Shown here: in pieces, positions 8,836 through 16,793 of the stretch
How the letters are laid out: every line of letters starts with the position of its first letter
Numbering within the stretch: the first letter of the stretch is position 1
Notes under the pieces: generated by a model
The model's input: only the letters and a program-made list of their open reading frames with translations
What the model was told of the DNA's origin: nothing
Databases searched by the model: none
Source: Candidatus Poribacteria bacterium
GTDB lineage: Bacteria > Poribacteria > WGA-4E > WGA-3G
NCBI GenBank assembly: GCA_965242965.1
Contig: OZ251518.1
Coordinates: 4,224,001-4,288,000, forward strand
DNA: 64,000 nt
Direction of reading: 5' to 3'
Position numbers and translations under genes: made by a program

Positions 8836-9843
8836 ATGCCGAAAAACGTGCTCTTATCATCACTCGGATTATCACCCGCTGTTGTCACCGAAACGATTGA
8901 TGCCCTTCAAAACACCGGCATCCGAATTGACACGGTGGTGCTGCTCACCACTGCAAACGAACGGATTGTCAACACATACATTCCGCTACTGCAGGACGAC
9001 TTTGCCGATACTTACGGGGGAAGAATTGAACTCACCTATGCTCCCATTACGAACAATGACATTTGGACAGCACAGGATAATCTGGAATTCATCGGGTTAG
9101 CCACCGCGTATCTGAATACCCATCGGAAGCGGGGAGATAACGTCTATGTCAGCATCGCAGGCGGCAGGAAAACGATGTCCGCCGCTTTAGCAATTGTGAC
9201 GCAACTTTTCGGCGCGAAAGGGTTGTATCATGTCCTCACCCTGGAAGAGGTCGAGAAACAACACCACCCTTACGAATCGCTGAGAAACGCACCTGAAAAA
9301 CGTCGCGAGGCTCTTCACCCAGATGTCCAGTTGATGGAGCTCGTCTCCATTCCCGTCGTCGGGCTGTTTCCGTATCTGAGCCAAATCACCGGTGTTTTGC
9401 AGGGAGATACCGCTCAGGCTGAAGCGAATGTGACAGATTTGCTTCGTGACAATGAACTCATTGATGACGAGGGAAAGATAACGCCGGCAGGCAGCAACCT
9501 CTTGAAAATCTTGAGCGAAGTGGAAACCGCGCCGGAACCCTCCACTATCCCGCCGAACCAAAAAGAGATTCGCGTCCCCCGCCATAATATCCCGAAACAG
9601 GAAGAGGAGAAGCTGCGGACTATCGCCAACCGGATATGCTATGATCCGTTTGTGAATCGCATTGCAACCACGGATTGGAACTCGCAAACGCAGCAGCCTT
9701 ACCGAATCAACCCGGATAATTCGATTACCCTCTTTATCCCGAAGACCACGAAGGGGTTAACGCTTAGAATCTTTACCACGGCGAACACACGAGCGCAAGC
9801 CGAATACGTCGCGCAAAGATTGTTGCTCGCCGTGAGCCGATAA
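8836..9843 (+). CDS. CARF (NE0113/Csx14-like) + wHTH + C-terminal putative nuclease domain
   Basis: LLSSLGLSPAVVTET and SIAGGRKTMS CARF motifs; LRDNELIDDEGKITPAG wHTH-like segment; ~95 aa alpha/beta tail ending FTTANTRAQAEYVAQRL. Confidence 0.85.
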   Translation: MPKNVLLSSLGLSPAVVTETIDALQNTGIRIDTVVLLTTANERIVNTYIPLLQDDFADTYGGRIELTYAPITNNDIWTAQDNLEFIGLATAYLNTHRKRGDNVYVSIAGGRKTMSAALAIVTQLFGAKGLYHVLTLEEVEKQHHPYESLRNAPEKRREALHPDVQLMELVSIPVVGLFPYLSQITGVLQGDTAQAEANVTDLLRDNELIDDEGKITPAGSNLLKILSEVETAPEPSTIPPNQKEIRVPRHNIPKQEEEKLRTIANRICYDPFVNRIATTDWNSQTQQPYRINPDNSITLFIPKTTKGLTLRIFTTANTRAQAEYVAQRLLLAVSR

Positions 9844-9874
9844 CACCATTGAAATCGGAGAGACGGAGAGAATC

Positions 9875-10864
9875 GTGTCTGCACAGAAACCGTTATCAAA
9901 CGCCTTGCGAATGACAAACTTCCAATTCGCCCGATACCGCTTCACCTATACCGTCCAAGAACCGCTACGGATGCCACCCGACAAAGGCAACATCTTCCGC
10001 AGCCGACTCGGATACACACTGCGCGACATCACCTGCCTGGGACACGAAAACGCATGCGCAAAGCAGTGCCAACACCCAGAACGGTGCGTCTACTCGCAAT
10101 GTTTTGAAACACCCGTGCCGGAAAACGCGCCGTTTCTCCGCGGACAACCCTTCGCGCCGCATCCGTTCATACTCGAACCACCGCTCACAGGGAAACAGCA
10201 TTACGCTCCCGGCGATACCTTCGCCTGCACACTCATCCTCATCGGCAGCGCCATCAACCTGCTCCCGTGGCTAGCGTTCACCTTCAATGAAATCGGCAAA
10301 CGCCGCATCGGACTTCGCGGCCGGCGCGGGAAGTGTGAACTCAACACCATTGAGAGTCTTCCTGCGCGCGGCACCGAGCCCCCCGAAACGATTTATACCT
10401 CCCAAACCGAGAGGCTAATGGGAGCAGGTAGGCTTCTCCGCCTTGACGATGTGCTACGCGGCGCGCCGCACGTCACCGACACGCTTACACTTGATTTCCG
10501 AACGCCGACGAGCCTCAAAGTGGAGGGACGCTGGATGCGCGACGTGACGTTTGAATTGCTCATCCGCAATCTCCTCCGACGCATCCGGTTCTTGAGTTAC
10601 TTCCATTGTGGCGAAGACCTGGGTGTGGATGCACATGCTTTGCTGAAGGCGGCGAGGGCTGTCACGCATACCTCGCACTTGCAATGGGTGCGGAAGGAAC
10701 GCCGGTCTTTCCGAACAAAGCGTGTTGTCCCGATGGGTGGGTTCGTTGGTAAAGTTCGGTTCGCGGGAGAGTTGTCCCCGTTTCTGCCGCTGATTTTCTT
10801 GGGAGAATATCTCCACATTGGGCATCACACTGCATTTGGGTTCGGGCAGTATCGCATCTGTTAA
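9875..10864 (+). CDS. cas6: Cas6 pre-crRNA endoribonuclease
   Basis: PHPFILEPP, MGGFVG and C-terminal G-loop HIGHHTAFGFGQY; adjacent to the array; start GTG 9875 or ATG 9911. Confidence 0.93.
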   Translation: MSAQKPLSNALRMTNFQFARYRFTYTVQEPLRMPPDKGNIFRSRLGYTLRDITCLGHENACAKQCQHPERCVYSQCFETPVPENAPFLRGQPFAPHPFILEPPLTGKQHYAPGDTFACTLILIGSAINLLPWLAFTFNEIGKRRIGLRGRRGKCELNTIESLPARGTEPPETIYTSQTERLMGAGRLLRLDDVLRGAPHVTDTLTLDFRTPTSLKVEGRWMRDVTFELLIRNLLRRIRFLSYFHCGEDLGVDAHALLKAARAVTHTSHLQWVRKERRSFRTKRVVPMGGFVGKVRFAGELSPFLPLIFLGEYLHIGHHTAFGFGQYRIC

Positions 10865-10937
10865 CAACAGCAAAGGAGAGGTTCATTTCGGGGAGAGGAA
10901 TTTTCCTTCACGCTGCTGAAAAAATTCAAAAGAAAAA

Positions 10938-10966
10938 TTGACATTTCCGTTCATTTATGGTATCAT
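10938..10966 (+). promoter_or_regulatory. sigma70-type promoter in the CRISPR leader
   Basis: TTGACA-17 bp-TATCAT with TGG before the -10, in the AT-rich leader 10865-11085. Confidence 0.8.
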
Positions 10967-11085
10967 TAATAATGAAAGAGCGGACAAGGGTTCTTGCGTT
11001 TTTTGGCAGAACCTGCGCCCGATTTGAATCGCATTTGGATCTAGGCTTTTGAGAACTACGCACAGAGGGTTTCAAAAGCATAGGG

Positions 11086-12694
11086 GTTTGGATACACCGT
11101 CCCGGTTGAAGGGAATAGAAACTATTAATAATATAGCCGAATGGGATCGGAATTCTTAAGTTAGGAAACGCCTTCCCGTTTGAAGGGAATAGAAACTGAC
11201 CACCAGTGCATTCCGCTGCCACCATGCCAGCAGACCCGTTTGGAAACGCCGTCCCGGTTGAAGGGAATAGAAACACAAACGAAGCCTTGGCTGCCAGCGC
11301 AGAGACATCCGTTCGGAAACGCCGTCCCGGTTGAAGGGAATAGAAACGCCGCAATCATACCAGCAGACGCTCGGAATCTTGCAGTTTGGAAACGCCGTCC
11401 CGTTTGAAGGGAATAGAAACGTCAAGGTCCGATGGTTAAGTTGGTGCGAGGACCAGGTTTGGAAACGCCGTCCCGGTTGAAGGGAATAGAAACAGTATCC
11501 GTCCTTTCTTGATGGCGACTGAATGCCCCGTGCATCGTTCGGAAACGCCGTCCCGTTTGAAGGGAATAGAAACTTTACTTTTTTGCCGATTGCAACGCCT
11601 CGACAATCCTGTCGTTTGGAAACGCCGTCCCGTTTGAAGGGAATAGAAACTTTAGCCATCCACTATTCCAAGTGTCATAATACTTTTGGAAACGCCTTCC
11701 CGGTTGAAGGGAATAGAAACTTCCCGATGTAGCCTTCTTCGCGGGCTTGGTCTAGCGTAAGTTTGGAAACGCCTTCCCGGTTGAAGGGAATAGAAACGTG
11801 CCAGCCTGATCGACGGCTGCATACGCATTCTTGACTTGTTTGGAAACGCCTTCCCGGTTGAAGGGAATAGAAACAACTGGCTAAATCAAGTTCGGATGAG
11901 AGCGTTAAGATATGTTTGGAAACGCCTTCCCGGTTGAAGGGAATAGAAACTCGTAAGACACTTGTGATACCTTGTCCCCGTTGAGTTTGGAAACGCCTTC
12001 CCGGTTGAAGGGAATAGAAACTTTCCTTCGGTCAGCCTTAAGTTGACATTCCCCGTTGAGTTTGGAAACGCCTTCCCGTTTGAAGGGAATAGAAACTGAT
12101 AATGGCTCGGCATCGCTATCCGTCTTGACGTTTGGAAACGCCTTCCCGGTTGAAGGGAATAGAAACCCATGATGAACCGCAGCTAGCTCTTTATTGCCAT
12201 CGTTTGGAAACGCCTTCCCGTTTGAAGGGAATAGAAACTTGCCTCGACCTCGTTGAAATTCATATCAAATCCCAAGTGTTTGGAAATGCCTTCCTGTTTG
12301 AAGGGAATAGAAACGCGAGGGAAGCCCGCTGCGCTACCTCTTTCGCAAGGTTGAGTTTGGAAACGCCTTCCCGGTTGAAGGGAATAGAAACTTTAGAATC
12401 CGGAGATTTTCTTCGGCATCAAAAAGCCGAGTTTGGAAACGCCTTCCCGGTTGAAGGGAATAGAAACCCAGTCGTCTTACAGGTTAGCGCATGATTAATT
12501 ATCGTTCGGAAACGCCTTCCCGGTTGAAGGGAATAGAAACATAGCCGCACACCGATGCTGTCCACCGGCAAGCCACAAGTTTGGAAACGCCTTCCCGGTT
12601 GAAGGGAATAGAAACTCATAGTACTCGATCGTAGGTCCATATTTGTCGCAATAGCATGTTCAGAAACGCCTTCCCGCTTGAAGGGAATAGAAAC
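11086..12694 (+). CRISPR. CRISPR array, 22 repeats / 21 spacers (33-43 nt)
   Basis: 37-bp consensus GTTTGGAAACGCCTTCCCGGTTGAAGGGAATAGAAAC; ATAGAAAC 3' end and upstream leader give + orientation. Confidence 0.98.
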
Positions 12695-12759
12695 CTCTCA
12701 TTCACAACACGGCAGCAAAACGCAAATCGCAAAACCTGAAAAAAAAGCAGAAATTAACA

Positions 12760-13164
12760 ATGAAATATGTAGTGAATCTGGAAGGCCACGATGGATTATT
12801 CAGTTGCAAAACTGAATTCAAATGCGGCGACGAATTCTTCGCCCGCGGCATCAGCAACTACGGCGATGACGACATCGACTACCTGAGCAACGAACTCGCA
12901 AAAGACATCTCCGGCGGAATTTACGCGCATTTCGAGGAGGTCATCCAAGAAGCCGAAACCAACGGCGAAGATAGCGAGAAGGCTTGGGAAGAACAGCACG
13001 ACGAAAACAACGTCTATCGTTACCGCGACGGCGATGACGCATGGGAAATCGCCATTCAACACGGCTGGGGCGTTGTGACAGATACCGTCGCCCTCACCAC
13101 CGGCGAGGCAATCATGCCGCACTTGCGCGAAGAGTTGGAGGCATACATCGCCAGCACCGCCTAA
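12760..13164 (+). CDS. Small, highly acidic hypothetical protein
   Basis: 134 aa ORF rich in D/E, directly downstream of the array and followed by a hairpin at ~13179-13204. Confidence 0.7.
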   Translation: MKYVVNLEGHDGLFSCKTEFKCGDEFFARGISNYGDDDIDYLSNELAKDISGGIYAHFEEVIQEAETNGEDSEKAWEEQHDENNVYRYRDGDDAWEIAIQHGWGVVTDTVALTTGEAIMPHLREELEAYIASTA

Positions 13165-13214
13165 CCTACTCCCCACCGAGAGCCCGCTCTCACCCAGCGG
13201 GCTCAAGGGATTTG

Positions 13215-13470
13215 TCGGTAGGCACCCCGGGTCTCCATACCTCCCGGTAGGAGAGGCCTCGGGTCTTGATTTTCCCGTAGCGCGGGGGCCCTCGGATGCC
13301 ATACGCGCATCCGAGCGGGTTTCCCCCGCGATCGTTCCCGGTAGGAGAGACCTCCTGGTCTCGATTTTTTGTCACTATCGGGACAAGGATGTCCCTCCTA
13401 CGGGAAGTCGGGACAAGGATGTCCCGCCTACCGAGTGCATATCGGGACAAGGATGTCCCGCCTACCCATC
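13215..13470. repeat. GTAG-REP cluster
   Basis: GTAGGAGAGACCTCCTGGTCTCGA, GTAGCGCGGGGG... and three TCGGGACAAGGATGTCCC..CTAC hairpins. Confidence 0.8.
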
Positions 13471-13562
13471 GCAATGCACATCCTATTTCGCGAATTGCAT
13501 CAATTTCACGGATATGATACGATATACACAGAATTGAGATGATTTGCTGGAGGTTAGAAACT

Positions 13563-14663
13563 ATGAGTCGTGTCCGTATTGGGATTATCGGATGTGGGGC
13601 GATCGCGCAGGTCCAGCACCTCCCCAACCTTGCCGAACTGCATCGTGAATTTGAGGTGCCGATTGTTTGTGACTTGTCGCCCGGTGCGGCGAAGGCGGTC
13701 GCGCAGCGATTCCACATCCCCGACTTCGTCACAGATTATACCGAACTGCTCAAAACAGACGTAGATGCGGTGCTGCTCTGCCACGGAGATCCGAAGACAG
13801 AAGTGGCACTCGCCGCCTTTGAGGCAGGGAAACATGTCTTCATTGAGAAACCTGTCTGCTTTTCGCTCCAAGAGATGGATGCGATGCTTGCGGCGCAACG
13901 GAAGGCTGGCACCGTCGGACAGGCAGGCTATATGAAAGTGCATGATCCGGCATTTCAACTCGCCAAGCGCGAAGTGGATACGATGACAGGTTATCGCTTC
14001 GTTCAGATTAATCACCTGCATCCGAACAATAGTTTGCACTTAAGTCAGTTTGACGTGGAGCGGTTCAACGACGTGCCGCCAGATGCGTTTAAACCGGCGG
14101 GTGCGGCGCGCGAAAAGGCACTCGCCGAAGCGATTGGGGATATAGTGAATAGAACAGGCTCGCCTGAGCCTTTTGCCGAAAGGGCGTTTTTCTTGCTGGC
14201 GGGTAGCATGATTCACGACATCTACAGCCTGCGCGTCATGCTCGGTTCGCCGAGTGAGGTGGTGAGCGTAGAAATTTGGGCTGATGGACGCGGTGTCAGC
14301 ATCGTGTTTGCGTATCCGAACGGGGCGCGCTGCATCGCTACTTGGGTAGATCTACCAGACCTCTGGGATTTCAAGGAGACGTTGGAGATTTACGGCAATG
14401 ACAAACGGGTGCTGGTTTCCTATCCTACCGGTTTCTCTCGTGGTATTCTGTCGGAGGTGACGATACACGGCATCGATGCGGAGGGGGTAACCTACAGCAA
14501 GAAGCCGGCGGTTGAGTGGGAGAGTGCTTTTGTGCGAGAGTTGCGGCATTTCCACGAGTGTATCACCGAAGGGACGGCGTGTTATACGTCCTTGGCATCG
14601 GCTCGGCATGACATCGCATTGATTATTGATATTGTGCGGTGTTATATGGAAGGGAAACAGTGA
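13563..14663 (+). CDS. Gfo/Idh/MocA family oxidoreductase
   Basis: IGIIGCGAIA, GKHVFIEKP, GYMK and IHD motifs; GGAGG RBS. Confidence 0.92.
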   Translation: MSRVRIGIIGCGAIAQVQHLPNLAELHREFEVPIVCDLSPGAAKAVAQRFHIPDFVTDYTELLKTDVDAVLLCHGDPKTEVALAAFEAGKHVFIEKPVCFSLQEMDAMLAAQRKAGTVGQAGYMKVHDPAFQLAKREVDTMTGYRFVQINHLHPNNSLHLSQFDVERFNDVPPDAFKPAGAAREKALAEAIGDIVNRTGSPEPFAERAFFLLAGSMIHDIYSLRVMLGSPSEVVSVEIWADGRGVSIVFAYPNGARCIATWVDLPDLWDFKETLEIYGNDKRVLVSYPTGFSRGILSEVTIHGIDAEGVTYSKKPAVEWESAFVRELRHFHECITEGTACYTSLASARHDIALIIDIVRCYMEGKQ

Positions 14664-15400
14664 ACGTAGCGCGGGGGCCTGTCCCCCGCGCGAACATCCG
14701 CCGATTCACCGTAGCGCGGGGGCCTGTCCCCCGCGATCTCTCAGGTGTCTGAAGCAGGATTTTCAAGATTCACAAGATTTTCAGGATTATCTTCCTCGCG
14801 GCGGGGAAACCTCTGCTGAAAAGGGCGGCACTTTAACTCCGTTTTCCCGCGGCGCAGCATCGGTTGGAGACTAGAGTTCCTAATCTTGCTAATCGTGATA
14901 ATCGTGTAAATCCTGCTTCAGACGATTTGCTTGGCGAGGGACAGGCCCTCGCCCTACGGTGAAAGGGGCATGCACAGCAGACACGCGTTGCATCAACCCG
15001 ATGCAACGCGAGGGACAGGTTTTCCCACCGCCCTACGGTTCGGCGGCGCGGTTTGGATAACTACGAACTAAAACGCACATTAAGGTCCTACAGACCTTAG
15101 GCATCTTCGCGTCGCTGCGCGCTATAGACATTAAGGTCTTACGCCCTAAAGAGATGTTTTATTGGAATAAAACTTCCTAATCCTGCGCTAGACAGCACGG
15201 CGAGGGACAGGCCCTCGCCCTACGGTTCGTGGGCATGCACAGCAGACACGCGTTGCATCAATCCGAGGCACGGCGAGGGACAGGCCCTCGCCCTATGGTG
15301 AACAGGCGCAAACTGCCGAACGAATCATAGCGCGGGGCCCTGTTCCCCGCGCGAACATCCGCCCATTCACCGTAGCGCGGGGGCCTGTCCCCCGCGATCT
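14664..15400. repeat. REP/REPIN cluster with 9-bp GGATTTTCA-type repeats
   Basis: Multiple GTAGCGCGGGGGCCTGTCCCCCGCG and GGCGAGGGACAGGCCCTCGCCCTAC copies; inverted GTCTGAAGCAGGATT / AATCCTGCTTCAGAC; ACATTAAGGTCCTA units. Confidence 0.85.
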
Positions 15401-15503
15401 ACCAACTCAGCGAAAAACGTCTGAATGAGGGGTAACGCTGTCATGATTGCAACCCTCGGCGTTGGTTGCGTGGAGGATTTGGCAGCACATTGCGTAAGTG
15501 CAG

Positions 15504-16661
15504 CTAATCTTCCTCTTGAGACCCTTCTGAGAGTAGCATCTCGGCGATGTCTTTCGGCAGCACAACATCGTACTGCTTCTCAAAGTTGTGAATCTCCTGG
15601 TTAAACAAATCCTTGAGTTTCAGGACTTGATTCTCAGCAGCCTTGAGATTCGCTCCTCGATTCCTAGCAGCCTCCAGATCTGCTCTGGCCTCGTCCCATT
15701 CCTGTCTGCGTAACCGAATTATGGCTCGCTCAAAATAGAACAGGGGCTCATTGGGATTCAGTTCTATCGCCTTGTTATAGTCCTCAATGACACTCTTGAA
15801 GACATCGTCAAGGTTAAAATCCTCGCTATTAGCCAGGGCCAGGGCGCGATTGCGATAGGCCATGGGATCTTCTGGACTGAGTTTAATAACCTCGGTATAG
15901 CTAGCGGCGGCGCTACTATAATGGCCTTCTTGGAATTGCGATTGGGCGTGAAGATTATAGTTTTGGCTGCTGTGTTCCAGCTTCCGGGCTATCTCATAAT
16001 TCCCTTTAAAACGCTCAAGGGCGTGGGGAAGAATCTCCCGCCATTTGATAAACCCGTGGATATCATTGTAGATACGCTCTTCAGATATGTCATGGCACCT
16101 TTCCAAGTAGTCTAACATAGGCCGTTTGAGTTCTCTACGGATAAACACGATACACGCTGGTTGGACAAAACCTGTCTTTGATTCAACAAGGATGCTCTTC
16201 TGGGATTCAATACGGCTAATTGTCCGGAGCGGGGGCACGACTCTGTAGTTATCAGTGCACTGCGGTTTTCTGGGCAGTAAAATAACCCTACCTGTTCCGC
16301 CTTCTAGCTCGCCACATGCGAAGAAGAGAGCAATGAGGTAATCAGTCGTGAAGTCTATCAAGTTGGTTTTACAGCCATAATGCTGGAGCTGGGTTAGAAT
16401 TTCATCATCACCGAGATCGGATATTTCGGGGAGATAGGTTTTAACCTTATCCAAAATTACGTTTTGGCTGCCCATAATGTCGGGAGCCTCTATTTTACTC
16501 GTAAGATAGGGCCGATAGAGGTCCGAGCATACTTTTGGGTGACATTCGGCTTCACCCCTGTAGATGTAATCTCCGAGCACAGATTTGTCCGCTATCTCGC
16601 GGATTTTCAGCCAAACTTCGTCTGGCACATGTTGAGAATCCGATGGGTTGATCTTGTTCAT
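15504..16661 (-). CDS. FRG domain + TPR protein
   Basis: YIYRGE, LQHYGCKTNLIDFTTDYLIALFFAC and RIESQKS (FRG motifs); C-terminal TPRs (AYRNRALA, DYNKAIELNP). Confidence 0.88.
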   Translation of the reverse strand: MNKINPSDSQHVPDEVWLKIREIADKSVLGDYIYRGEAECHPKVCSDLYRPYLTSKIEAPDIMGSQNVILDKVKTYLPEISDLGDDEILTQLQHYGCKTNLIDFTTDYLIALFFACGELEGGTGRVILLPRKPQCTDNYRVVPPLRTISRIESQKSILVESKTGFVQPACIVFIRRELKRPMLDYLERCHDISEERIYNDIHGFIKWREILPHALERFKGNYEIARKLEHSSQNYNLHAQSQFQEGHYSSAAASYTEVIKLSPEDPMAYRNRALALANSEDFNLDDVFKSVIEDYNKAIELNPNEPLFYFERAIIRLRRQEWDEARADLEAARNRGANLKAAENQVLKLKDLFNQEIHNFEKQYDVVLPKDIAEMLLSEGSQEED

Positions 16662-16793
16662 GTCGCTTCGCTCCGTTAAGGTTAACCGGATAACTCGATC
16701 GATTCTAAAAACATCGCTGCAACCGACGGAAACGCACCACACGATTGCAGCGATGGAAGGACGGATCCGAACATCCGCCCTTACCCAAACACC

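Noticed and set aside
8836-9843. Calling the CARF fusion Cami1 or Csm6
   Set aside because: No HEPN RxxxxH in the tail and the RelE assignment cannot be confirmed by eye, so it is left unnamed
10926-12640. Several ORFs overlapping the CRISPR array
   Set aside because: They are translations of the repeats (FLFPSTGKAFPN, ETPSRLKGIET), not genes
11123-12657. Self-targeting spacers within the window
   Set aside because: No match noticed by eye; an exhaustive alignment could not be run, so no claim is made
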